Source: Nitrosopumilaceae archaeon (GTDB taxonomy: Archaea; Thermoproteota; Nitrososphaeria; Nitrososphaerales; Nitrosopumilaceae). Taken from it: a stretch of DNA of 64,000 nt. This document shows, piece after piece, positions 1-9,362 of this stretch. The stretch spans positions 128,001-192,000 of the forward strand of contig CBDCCK010000002.1 in the NCBI GenBank assembly GCA_965214835.1, given 5' to 3'. Below the pieces are notes generated by a model. The model was not told where the DNA came from, did not search any database, and worked only from the letters and a program-made list of their open reading frames with translations. The first letter of the stretch is position 1. Every line of letters starts with the position of its first letter. Position numbers and translations under genes: made by a program.

Positions 1-240
1 GTTTGCAATGGCAAAGCCGGATTTTTTCTCCAGTCGCTCAACTGAGCTCCAGTTCACACAGACAGGCGTCCCCCTGTTGGTCTCCATCAGTATTTTGGAA
101 TCCCTGCACTGTATCTCCTGCAGCGGCGTTCCGTTTTGAAATTGCGTGTGAGGAGCGTCAGTCTCTGCAAGTGCATGAATCGTGATTGATCCGACTGCCA
201 AAACCGCTGCCAGCCCCAGCATTGCCACTACGGTCATCAT
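1..240 (-). CDS. Secreted protein N-terminus (partial, runs off window) with thaumarchaeal-type 'QxxxGxxxxEIxC...GxPxCV' domain
   Basis: Manual translation MMTVVAMLGLAAVLAVGSITIHALAETDAPHTQFQNGTPLQEIQCRDSKILMETNRGTPVCVNWSSVERLE: signal peptide plus a two-Cys motif common in Nitrosopumilaceae exported proteins; not in the ORF track. Confidence 0.7.
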   Translation of the reverse strand, partial: MMTVVAMLGLAAVLAVGSITIHALAETDAPHTQFQNGTPLQEIQCRDSKILMETNRGTPVCVNWSSVERLEKKSGFAIAN

Positions 241-553
241 ATTTCATGCAAAATCAAGCCTATTAAGGGAACTGTCAAGTCAACGGGCGGAATTTGGCTG
301 TCAGAAAACTTCCGCAAAGCGTCCTGACATTGCGCCCTGCAGGGGATTCGTAACCTGCCGAGGAGATCCCCCGGCATTCCGCCGAGTCCCTGAAGTCAAA
401 GTACCGGACGTCGATTGCGGCCGCCGAGTACTGCAACGGGGCCTGCCAGGTAACCGATGATGCCGACATCCGGCTGTCTGCCGCAGAGATACCGGATGCC
501 TCCAGGGGAATGCTGCGCGTAATCCGTGCGCCGGCCGTCATTTGACATGCATG

Positions 554-799
554 CTATGAGGCAGGCGCATTCCTGCTGCCGTGAACCTGGGTGCCGAGCC
601 ACACGCCTGCCTTTGGTATGTACTGCACTACCGGCGAGCTCCCACACCTGTCGTATACGGCCACCACCTTGCTGATGTTCTTCTCAGTCCTGGAATGGTG
701 GACCACCATGTCATTTACGACGACTATCCAGTGACCTGCGTATCTCCTCCTGTCCTCCTCGCTCATGTTGTCGATGTACTTCCTGCTAGGGACTTTCAT
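554..799 (-). CDS. DUF5678-like small protein
   Basis: RRYAGHWIVVVNDMVVHHS matches the Y-x-G-x-W-V-A...V-V pattern of DUF5678. Confidence 0.55.
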   Translation of the reverse strand: MKVPSRKYIDNMSEEDRRRYAGHWIVVVNDMVVHHSRTEKNISKVVAVYDRCGSSPVVQYIPKAGVWLGTQVHGSRNAPAS

Positions 800-1037
800 G
801 ACCGCACATCAATGCGGGTTTGGTATTTAAAATTCACTTGGGTGCCTGTATTGCACGGCCTGTGGGGGTCGGGTCTCTTGGCGTAGATCCACGCCCTCTC
901 CCCGCCATTCAATGTGACTGTAACCCTGGAGTAGGCATCCGTCTCCCATTTGTCAGGTGCGGCAGTCCCCCAGCCTTGTGAAGCCCCGCGCACAGTACCC
1001 GGAAGCCGCCAACTTAGAACCGACCGGCCATGAAAAA

Positions 1038-1871
1038 TCAGATCATGCATTCGCTGCCGCAGGGGCTATCGACCCGGACGGACGGCAGTCCCTTCCCGCC
1101 CTTCATGATCCTGCCAAGCTCCCTCAGTGTGTAGCCCTTTGGCGCCAGGTGCTGCCTTCCAAAGTGCTTCCCGCCCTCCTCGAGCTCCACGGCCTGCCTG
1201 TACAGATCCGGGTGGTTTTCATGGATCTCGGCCCACCTTTCCATGCTGTTGAACGGGCACATCGTGCATCCGCTCTTTACGGGAACCGCAAGTCCGGCAT
1301 CCCCTATCAGATCGATGCATCCCCTCCTGTCAATCCGCGAGTCAACCAGGGGATACAGGTTGGTTATCCAGTCCTCCCCCGACGGTTTCATCCTGCGGAC
1401 CTCGCCATAGTCTATCCCCATGTACTGGTATACGTGTGATTTCAGCGCGCGATAAAACGCGTGAATCGGGGTCACCTTCATGTCGCGCGTGCACCAGCGC
1501 CAGACCTGCGACGGAATAACCCTTCGCTTCTGGCACCGGTCTGACAGCGAGGTCTTGTTTCTGGTGCTGACAATTTCAAACGGTATGTCCCTCCTTTGTA
1601 GATATCCCTTCATCACCTTCAGGTACCCGTATGTCTCAGGCATCTCGTTGCCGGTATCAGAAAAGACCACATAGTCCAGGGGAAGCCCGTTGTTTACCAG
1701 GTGGATGATCATGGCAGTGGAATTGACTCCTCCACCATAGCTTGCCACGTATCTTGCATCGGACTCACGCTCCATTCCGACGGTGCTGAGGATCCTTTTC
1801 TGGATCACAGTCTGCCGTTCAGGGTTTAGCTTGCCTGCTCTTCTGCCTTTATGCATTCTATCCAGAATCAA
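1038..1871 (-). CDS. PAPS-reductase-like (adenine nucleotide alpha-hydrolase) protein of the mobile-element type
   Basis: PP-loop SYGGGVNST, VFSDTGNEMPETY, RWCTRDMK, KSGCTMCPF, C-terminal CGSEC; true start may be 1856 or 1775. Confidence 0.8.
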   Translation of the reverse strand: MILDRMHKGRRAGKLNPERQTVIQKRILSTVGMERESDARYVASYGGGVNSTAMIIHLVNNGLPLDYVVFSDTGNEMPETYGYLKVMKGYLQRRDIPFEIVSTRNKTSLSDRCQKRRVIPSQVWRWCTRDMKVTPIHAFYRALKSHVYQYMGIDYGEVRRMKPSGEDWITNLYPLVDSRIDRRGCIDLIGDAGLAVPVKSGCTMCPFNSMERWAEIHENHPDLYRQAVELEEGGKHFGRQHLAPKGYTLRELGRIMKGGKGLPSVRVDSPCGSECMI

Positions 1872-2100
1872 TAATTTTTGCTTAAAAACCGGGTTTTCTT
1901 ACGCAGAAATTTTGAATCGATTGGCAGACATGGCGTCATAACAGGCAGGGCTCTGGAAGTTAAGGCGTGAGTCTTGTCAAAGGCACCGCTCAAACATAAT
2001 TTGCGCCTAAAATGGCAGGTCATTTCCAGAACCATACTGCTGCCATCATCAGTACAGAAGAAACAACATCCTTATCATGTGTCATGCTGATCGTGATTAT

Positions 2101-3261
2101 ATGGGCGTGGATGCATGGCATGAGAGGATGGCAGAATGGCTGGGGATGAATCCTGCCCATAGGCCAAACCGCCTCGTCTGCGTGCTTGAGGACGGCGGCG
2201 GGGATGACGGTATACATGAGGACGCCAGGCGTCTGGGGGTCATGGCGTGTGATGTAGGTGACGAGAGATGGATGATGGCGCCGTCCTCACCTGCCGTCAT
2301 AACGGGCACGCATGATGAGATCTTCTCTAGGGCCCTCAACAGGGGATACGGGGTGCGAGCAGACATGTGGAACATGCAGTTCGGACTGCTCAACAATGAC
2401 TGCCTGTGGGTTGACGGGACGGACAGCGGGCTGCACGCAGCCCTGTCTGATCTGCGCAGCAGGCTTCCCACGTTTCGCACGCCGGAAACTGTAGATCCGT
2501 CACAGTGTCATACCCAAGACATTCCGATTCACGGGCTGTTCGGCACCGGTAACATGTCTGACATAGCCAGGTTCATGCCAAAAGACATGATAGATCAGGA
2601 CGGGTCAATCATTTTAGGTGATATATCTGACATAGCCAGGTTCATGCGGAGACCGGTGGACGGCTGGGAAGGGATACGACCGCCGGCAGGAAGACATCTT
2701 GGAACGCAATGGATTACCCTTGCCGAACACCTCTCCATGACAGAGCGTCTGATATCAGACGTGTGTCCTGCAGGCGTGCCGGACATTGGCTCTCTGAGGA
2801 CTGCTGCCAGGTACCACGACTACGGCAAGGCGCATCCGGAGTTTCAGCGGTGGCTCTTGCAGGGGCTCCCACAAAACGAACATGAGTCAAGGGCGGCCAC
2901 GGCATGGGCAAAGAGAAGACCAAAGGCGGCACTTGGCAGGATAGATTACAGTCACGAGATTGCAGGAGCGGGTGCTCTTCTGCGGCTCCACCCAGGGGAT
3001 CATCTGGCCGCATACCTCGTCATGTCGCACCACGGCAGGTTCAGATCAGACATACCGGATACCACAGGCAGTCTTCCAAGAACGGATCTGGGTGACGGGA
3101 TGGTGGCCGACGAGGTATCATTTATGGTGACATCAGAAGGATGGAGAAAGACATTCGGTGGACTCTACAGGAGGTACGGACCGTTCCTTTTGTCATATTA
3201 CGAGGCGCTGTTGCGCACAGCAGACATGATTGCAAGTGATTCGGATGAGCGCAGACAGTGA
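2101..3261 (+). CDS. cas3: Reduced type I-G (I-U) Cas3-like protein: degenerate helicase remnant + intact C-terminal HD nuclease
   Basis: PNRLVCVL, PAVITGTHDEIFSRALNRGYG...FGLLNNDCLWV match I-G Cas3 helicase motifs Ia/Ib/II region; HD domain TLAEHL...HDYGKA...SHE...SHHG...ADMIAS; Walker A, DExx and RecA2 absent. Confidence 0.8.
   Translation: MGVDAWHERMAEWLGMNPAHRPNRLVCVLEDGGGDDGIHEDARRLGVMACDVGDERWMMAPSSPAVITGTHDEIFSRALNRGYGVRADMWNMQFGLLNNDCLWVDGTDSGLHAALSDLRSRLPTFRTPETVDPSQCHTQDIPIHGLFGTGNMSDIARFMPKDMIDQDGSIILGDISDIARFMRRPVDGWEGIRPPAGRHLGTQWITLAEHLSMTERLISDVCPAGVPDIGSLRTAARYHDYGKAHPEFQRWLLQGLPQNEHESRAATAWAKRRPKAALGRIDYSHEIAGAGALLRLHPGDHLAAYLVMSHHGRFRSDIPDTTGSLPRTDLGDGMVADEVSFMVTSEGWRKTFGGLYRRYGPFLLSYYEALLRTADMIASDSDERRQ
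2557..2647 (+). repeat. 22-bp exact direct repeat (TCTGACATAGCCAGGTTCATGC, period 69) inside the cas3-like gene
   Basis: Copies at 2557-2578 and 2626-2647, both encoding SDIARFM. Confidence 0.9.
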
Positions 3262-4846
3262 TCTCCCAAGGGTATTTTCCAAAAAAGCCGTGCCGTTTTG
3301 GATTGCGGGGTTTGCCGTAACCTGCGCCATGCTGCAGATATTCGGCGGCGACCACCTGCGGCCGGGAAGCCCAGAGGAGGCAATAGCATTCATCACTGTA
3401 AACGTCGAGATACTGGTGACCATGCTGACGGTCACCATGGGCGTGACGCTTCTGGGCCTGCAGTTCAGAGCCCAATCCTATACCATGATGGCACTTGTTC
3501 GATACATCAAGGATCGCGTGGTGTACGGATTCATCTCCGTCTTTACGGCACTGATAGTCTTCAGCATGTCAGTCATGATAATTCCTGGAATAGATCCGGT
3601 AGCAGTCTCACCGTTTGCATTTGCCGGAACGTCGTTTTCAATCGTTTATCTTATAGGGTATGTCTATTACATGGTTCACGAAATCCAGCCTACGCGGACG
3701 ATGGCACACATCAAAACTCAGATAGACGGAATCAGGACATCGGAGATGATACCCGATATCATGGCAGGACGGGATACGGAGTCGGGCTGGATTGAGCGGT
3801 TTGTAGTATGGGAGCAGATAATGCTGCGTGCAGTGGAAACGGACAACCTTTACGTTTACCGGACAGGACTTGACGTCATCTTCGACAAACTCCACCGATG
3901 CCTGGAGGCCTGCAAGGACGACACAAGGGATCCGGTCTATGCATTCTTCTTCCAATACGTGTCGGCCGTAACGCTTGCAGGGGTCAGGGAAAACAGGGAC
4001 AGGTTCGTCAGAATAACAATGGACAAGCTGAAGACCGTGGACGAGGCGATTCCCGAAAGCCGTGACAAGTTCAGCTCGAGACGCATGATGGTGTTTCACA
4101 TGTGGCAGCATGTCATGAGGGAGTCGATACGAATTGGAAACGTCCGCATGTCGCATTACGGAATGCTCGTGATAAGACAACTTCTTGACAGATACCTCAA
4201 AAGGCATCCCAAGGATGCCGGGCACATCCTGACATTTTTCCACATGTACATGTCACGCGCAGTGGATACAGCCATCACAAACAACAACACCGACTATCTG
4301 TTTGACTACGTGAGGATCATTGGAGAGATGGTCTTTCCAGAGAGGCGAGCCGCCGACGAACACACCCCGCTTGAGGCCTGGATAATGATAATGAAATACG
4401 CGATCCGCACGGAACGCATAGGCATGCTTGAGTATGGCATAGGCAGGCTCTTTTCTGTCTTTGGGAGTGCCAAACATGGTACGGATGCCATAAAACACAC
4501 TCACCGCGCCATTGAGGCGGTGGCCATCGAATGTGGATCGGATGAAAGATGCGTGCGTGTCCTGATGGACTCGTATCGGAAGCTGCCGCCGGAGCGATGG
4601 CCGGTACGCGCGTGGAAGCACGTCATGTTTGACTCGATCCACTCTTCTAGGGATGTGATCTTTGATCTGTGTGTGAGTGCCATCCATGACGAGCTGTCAG
4701 ATTCGGATGCGGGGTTCTTTGCCGGGGTTGCACCGGAAATGAGGAGCAACTCCCGGTTGGGCGTGAGCATGCCATCTGAGAGAATACGGGAGATTGGCGC
4801 ACACATTGACATGTGCCTTCACAAATCGGGCGTTCCCCCGGACTGA
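3245..4846 (+). CDS. DUF2254-like multi-pass membrane protein with helical cytoplasmic tail
   Basis: Four N-terminal TM segments, TLLGLQFRAQSYT motif; overlaps the cas3-like stop codon. Confidence 0.6.
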   Translation: MSADSDLPRVFSKKAVPFWIAGFAVTCAMLQIFGGDHLRPGSPEEAIAFITVNVEILVTMLTVTMGVTLLGLQFRAQSYTMMALVRYIKDRVVYGFISVFTALIVFSMSVMIIPGIDPVAVSPFAFAGTSFSIVYLIGYVYYMVHEIQPTRTMAHIKTQIDGIRTSEMIPDIMAGRDTESGWIERFVVWEQIMLRAVETDNLYVYRTGLDVIFDKLHRCLEACKDDTRDPVYAFFFQYVSAVTLAGVRENRDRFVRITMDKLKTVDEAIPESRDKFSSRRMMVFHMWQHVMRESIRIGNVRMSHYGMLVIRQLLDRYLKRHPKDAGHILTFFHMYMSRAVDTAITNNNTDYLFDYVRIIGEMVFPERRAADEHTPLEAWIMIMKYAIRTERIGMLEYGIGRLFSVFGSAKHGTDAIKHTHRAIEAVAIECGSDERCVRVLMDSYRKLPPERWPVRAWKHVMFDSIHSSRDVIFDLCVSAIHDELSDSDAGFFAGVAPEMRSNSRLGVSMPSERIREIGAHIDMCLHKSGVPPD

Positions 4847-4858
4847 CGGAAATCTGCC

Positions 4859-5101
4859 ATGTCGGATTTGCGGTTTTTATGCAAAGCACGTACCGTAAGT
4901 GTGGCAGACAGGGACGACACGGATCCAAATGACAGGCTGGACAGGATCGAGGAAAGACTGGTCAGGCTGGAGGGCATGGTCAGGGACGGAGGTCTGCAGG
5001 GATCGCAGGCCGGCGCACCGGATTCGGAGCCGTCACGTGAAGGCATTGGGGATTTCATTTCGCATACAATAAGGCTGGAGCGCCTCATTGGAAGGGGATA
5101 G
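4859..5101 (+). CDS. Hypothetical small coiled-coil protein
   Basis: RLDRIEERLVRLE heptad; lies between two co-oriented genes. Confidence 0.4.
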   Translation: MSDLRFLCKARTVSVADRDDTDPNDRLDRIEERLVRLEGMVRDGGLQGSQAGAPDSEPSREGIGDFISHTIRLERLIGRG

Positions 5102-5897
5102 GACGTCACGCGGGGGAATCGCACAGTTGTCAGACAGCAGACAGGCCGACGGGAGCACGATAATCAACGACGACTGCATCGACGGGATGAGATCACTTGA
5201 CGACGGGTCGGTGGATCTGATAGTTACTGATCCCCCGTTTGCCATAGGCTTCGGGGCCAGAAGATCAAACTACAACCGCAGACCGGACAACGTCCTGGAC
5301 GGATACGGCGAAATCAGGCAAAGGGACTATCTTTCCTTCAGCCGGAGCTGGATCAGCGAGGCATATGGGGTTCTCAGGGAGTCCGGAAGCATGTTTGTCT
5401 TTTCGGGATGGAGCAACCTGAAGGACGTCCTGATTGCACTGGATGAGGCCGGTTTCATCACGGTCAACCACATAATCTGGAGATACCAGTTCGGGGTCGT
5501 TACAAAGAAAAGGTACGTCACATCCCATTATCACTGCCTCTATGTCTGCAAGGACGACAAAAAAAGAAGGTTCTACCCGGATTCCCGCTTCGGGCCCGGC
5601 AGCGAAAGGTACAGGGACATGGAGGACGTATGGTACATCAGGCGCGAGTACTGGAGGAACGAAAAGAAGACGCCCACCAAGCTGCCTTCGGAGATAATAA
5701 GAAAGATTCTCCAGTACGCAAGCAGGCCCGGTGATCTGGTCCTGGATCCCTTTCTGGGATCTGGCCAGGTGGCGGCAGTCAGCAAGGAGATGGGAAGGTG
5801 CTATCTGGGGTTTGAGATCATCAGGGAATACTTTGACTTTGCCAAAAGGCACATAGGGAAGACCCGGGCGCAGGAGACCTCAGGCAGCCGGTCATGA
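5088..5897 (+). CDS. Site-specific DNA methyltransferase (N6-A/N4-C, beta class), orphan
   Basis: Motif IV VTDPPF precedes motif I LVLDPFLGSG; TPTKLP. Confidence 0.92.
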   Translation: MEGDRTSRGGIAQLSDSRQADGSTIINDDCIDGMRSLDDGSVDLIVTDPPFAIGFGARRSNYNRRPDNVLDGYGEIRQRDYLSFSRSWISEAYGVLRESGSMFVFSGWSNLKDVLIALDEAGFITVNHIIWRYQFGVVTKKRYVTSHYHCLYVCKDDKKRRFYPDSRFGPGSERYRDMEDVWYIRREYWRNEKKTPTKLPSEIIRKILQYASRPGDLVLDPFLGSGQVAAVSKEMGRCYLGFEIIREYFDFAKRHIGKTRAQETSGSRS

Positions 5898-6030
5898 TGG
5901 CGGGGCAGGCCCGACCGCAGCGGGGATTCCGCTTTGCATGATCCGGATCCCGTGGTTGACAATTATTACTCGTTTTGTGATTAATTTTAAATCAAGCCTG
6001 CCAAGTCGCGTCATATAGATCTGACACGGG

Positions 6031-6732
6031 TTGACACAAAGACGAATCGCTGATCATCGCAGGTTTGTGCCGGTGATTGCGGCACTGGTGCTGGCGTTAT
6101 CGGGCCCTGCATGCGTGCACGCCTCAGACGGGGCCGACGGCGGTGAGCTGGCAGGTGAGCTGAGAGGCATCCGAGAGTCGCTTGATGCCATCAACCTTAG
6201 CAATTCGCTGAACTTTATGATTGGGATCACAATCGCCTTCATAGCTATAATTGCCACCATCTATAACAGCAAAAAACTGAACAGGCAGCTGGCAATACAC
6301 GAGCGGGAGATCAAGTACAGGACAAGGCCTGTTCTTGTAAGGGGGCGCTATGATGACGGCAACACGTTCAGCATAAGGGATGCAGACCGCCGGTTATGGA
6401 TCAAGGTCACAAACGTCGGACCACTTCCGGCAGTCGGCATAAAACGTCGGATGCGATCAGGAATAGCCAGAAAGGACCGCAGCGCGGAGACGCTGGAGGA
6501 GATGCAGTATGTGTCAACCGACATGCCGTCAATAGGCCCCGACGAGTATGTCGACAACATAATACGCATGTCAGAGGAGGAATACGGCGAGCTGTGCGGC
6601 GGCGAGCGTTATTTCTTCGAGCTTGAAATAGAGTATGCAGAGCCAGAGAACAGGGAGAAGAGGTACCGCTATCACATACGCGGGCATTTTGAGAAGAGGA
6701 ACCTGATCCAGGATCATGTTGACATGAGCTAG
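6031..6732 (+). CDS. Membrane-anchored hypothetical protein
   Basis: Signal-like N-terminus, TM helix FMIGITIAFIAIIATIY, RPVL then beta-rich domain (VTNVGPLPA). Confidence 0.65.
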   Translation: MTQRRIADHRRFVPVIAALVLALSGPACVHASDGADGGELAGELRGIRESLDAINLSNSLNFMIGITIAFIAIIATIYNSKKLNRQLAIHEREIKYRTRPVLVRGRYDDGNTFSIRDADRRLWIKVTNVGPLPAVGIKRRMRSGIARKDRSAETLEEMQYVSTDMPSIGPDEYVDNIIRMSEEEYGELCGGERYFFELEIEYAEPENREKRYRYHIRGHFEKRNLIQDHVDMS

Positions 6733-7568
6733 GACCTTGTGCGCCCAGACCTGCACGAGTGGTACATCATGCCGGTATTGTATGATACGCCGGTCCTCCC
6801 CGTATAATCGACGGTTATCAGTCCTCCCAGGCCGCCGCGCATGCAGCCAAGCTCCCTTATTGCGAGATCTGCGGCCGCCTGTGCCGCCGCCCCGGATTCC
6901 ATTATATCGCACGCCCTTTTTGCGGCGCATGATTTCATCAGGACGTCCCCGTTTCCAGTAGTCACGGCCGCACCGGCCCCGTTTTTGGCGTAATATCCGG
7001 CACCCACTATTGCAGAGTCTCCGACCCTGCCGGGAGTCTTGCCCCACACTCCTCCGGTTGAGACTGCGGCGGCAAGGTCGCCATCCTTGTCGAGCACGAC
7101 ACATCCGACGGTTCCGTACTTTTCCCTTGCGGCCTCAAGCCCTCTCAGTTGCACTCTTCCTGGCGCCATCTCGTGCTTCTGTATCCCATGGGAGCGTGCA
7201 AACTCGGATGCGCCGCCGCCTGTAACGAGGGAATGGGCAGATCCGGACATGACGTACCATGCCACCCTTATGGGGTTCCTGACATGCTTGATGGCCCCGA
7301 CACCCCCGCATTCCATGGTTTTCCCGTTCATCATCCCGGCATCCATCTCGATGGTGCCGTCGCTGGTGAGGCAGGAGCCTGCCCCCGCGTTGAATGCGCC
7401 GTCATCCTCCATCCTGGTAATGCAGTGGAGTGCCACATCAACTGCGCGTCCTCCGCCATCGAGGATTGAGTAGGACTCGTCGGCAATGCAGTTGATTGTA
7501 ATTAACACACCGTCATCAGGCGTTCCATCCCCTGCCCCGCCGTGAACTAGGATGCCGTGTTTTGACAT
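6729..7568 (-). CDS. iaaA: Isoaspartyl peptidase/L-asparaginase (Ntn hydrolase)
   Basis: VHGGAG, FNAGAGS, EMDAG, nucleophile GTVG, STGG...GRVGDS, TGNGD. Confidence 0.93.
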   Translation of the reverse strand: MSKHGILVHGGAGDGTPDDGVLITINCIADESYSILDGGGRAVDVALHCITRMEDDGAFNAGAGSCLTSDGTIEMDAGMMNGKTMECGGVGAIKHVRNPIRVAWYVMSGSAHSLVTGGGASEFARSHGIQKHEMAPGRVQLRGLEAAREKYGTVGCVVLDKDGDLAAAVSTGGVWGKTPGRVGDSAIVGAGYYAKNGAGAAVTTGNGDVLMKSCAAKRACDIMESGAAAQAAADLAIRELGCMRGGLGGLITVDYTGRTGVSYNTGMMYHSCRSGRTRS

Positions 7569-7820
7569 GTATCTACAACTCGCGACGATCATATTTAACC
7601 TATCAATGCCGGCACCGTGCAAGTTCATCCCATGCACAAACCGCGGCTTAATAGCAAACGGCAGTGAATATGACATGGCGTCGACTGTGATACATGGGGG
7701 CATATCTACACTTGCGATAGCTGCCGGCGTGGCAACACTGCTGGTAGGTTACGCGGTGCACATACTTGGGATAGGCCCGCGCAATTGAAGATGTCATACC
7801 AATGTCGGTGTCTGATATTA

Positions 7821-8367
7821 GCTTCAATGGGACCACGACATTATCGTCGCGGAAATGGATGATGGCGCCGTCTTCGCCTGCCGTCATAACGGGCTTCAAT
7901 GGGGCCGCAACTTTATCGTCGCGGAAAGATATAATGCGAGATTTAACACAGGAACTCGGAAACTTGCTTCAATGGGGCCGCAACTTTATCGTCGCGGAAA
8001 GGTCGGAACCATGGGACGGATTGGCGGGACGGGAGGACGCTTCAATGGGGCCGCAACTTTATCGTCGCGGAAAGGTCGGAACCATGGGACGGATTGGCGG
8101 GACGGGAGGACGCTTCAATGGGGCCGCGACATTACCGTCGCGGAAATTCGTGAGGGCCCTGGAAATGATGATGCGTATATCACAGCTTCAATGGGGCCGC
8201 GACATTACCGTCGCGGAAATAGCTTTCTGCATATGCCGTTACATGCATCGTCATTACGCTTCAATGGGGCCGCGACATTACCGTCGCGGAAATTGGGTAA
8301 TGACGTGACTACCATATCCCTGCAGGGCAACGCTTCAATGGGGCCGCGACATTACCGTCGCGGAAAT
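7821..8367 (-). CRISPR. CRISPR mini-array: 8 x 36-bp type I-G-like repeats, 7 spacers (36-38 bp)
   Basis: Repeats start at 7821, 7893, 7966, 8039, 8112, 8185, 8258, 8332; consensus GCTTCAATGGGGCCGCGACATTACCGTCGCGGAAAT (reverse complement ends ATTGAAGC). Degenerate repeat at 7821 marks the trailer, so the leader is to the right. Spacers 3 and 4 are identical. Confidence 0.97.
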
Positions 8368-8593
8368 ACTGCAATGCCGACAGGTTCGGCCATTGCCTGT
8401 GCGTGACAGGCATCTTTTTTGTACAGCCCTTGCGTTTTTCGCACCACACATGCCGCGATGGCATGCGTCCTCACACTCACATATAATACATTTTCAAGCG
8501 CCTCCTCACAGCGGTGGTACCCAGGATCCCTCGCATGCCACGCCTGCCGGTGACACCAGAGACATACGTGACGATCTGACGCATATGCAGGAT

Positions 8594-8821
8594 CTACCAC
8601 GCATCCGGAACCGACAGAGCAAGTATGACCATCAGGAATCCGTAAATGACAATCGGAATCCAGAGCGAGTGGATGAGGTGTTTTTTTGCGGCATCGTTGT
8701 TGCGGTCCTTCCATACCAGATAGCATATCAGCCCCGATATTACCCAGAAGAACACGTGCGCGACCCACCACAGCCTTGACGGGGCCTGCCTGGCGTCACC
8801 GTGGATATCTTCGTCTGACAT
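8594..8821 (-). CDS. Small 2-TM membrane protein (paralogue of 33527-33775)
   Basis: PSRLWWVAHVFFWVISGLICYLVWKDRN...HLIHSLWIP shared with the second copy. Confidence 0.75.
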   Translation of the reverse strand: MSDEDIHGDARQAPSRLWWVAHVFFWVISGLICYLVWKDRNNDAAKKHLIHSLWIPIVIYGFLMVILALSVPDAW

Positions 8822-9362
8822 GCCATCCCAAACCGGGTTTTGTTAATAAACGCAGAAACGGCGGATTCGGAAGCAGGGCAGCTGTTACACCTTCTTGCAT
8901 CACTCGGCGGCCAACATCAGGAATTATCATGCCATGAGTTGACAGAACCTTTTCTCGAACAAGTTATAACCGGCAGTGGCGCCATGTACCGCATACTGTC
9001 ATGACGCAAAGAACCGAATCCAGTCTTGAAAAAACAGTTCTGGACATATATGCCAGTGATCAAAGCATCCTGAAATACCTCGTACAGTCGCACGGCAGGG
9101 TAAGATATCGAAAAAGAACGCGATGACATCCCGTCAGATAAGGCGTGACGGGTTGCCGCTTTTGTCTGGTTGCCGGGGCGTCGTGCCTCCAGTCCGGCCT
9201 CGGTTTTACACGATTTTTTGTATGAATTCGTCCCTAATGGCAAATCCAGACAAAACCCACAGTCAATTTCGGATCTATCTGTGATCAAAATCAGGTGCTT
9301 TTTTTAAAACGAGAAACGAAGTCATGCATCCAACAAACTAGAAGCCAGGCAATCCTTTTAAT

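Noticed and set aside
7648-8406. ORFs of 83-183 aa across the CRISPR array
   Set aside because: They are translations of repeats and spacers. The shared WMMAPSSPAVITG peptide only reflects the spacer-cas3 match.
8900-9360. AT-richer intergenic stretch as a replication origin
   Set aside because: No ORB-like or iteron repeats and no adjacent Cdc6/Rep gene recognised.
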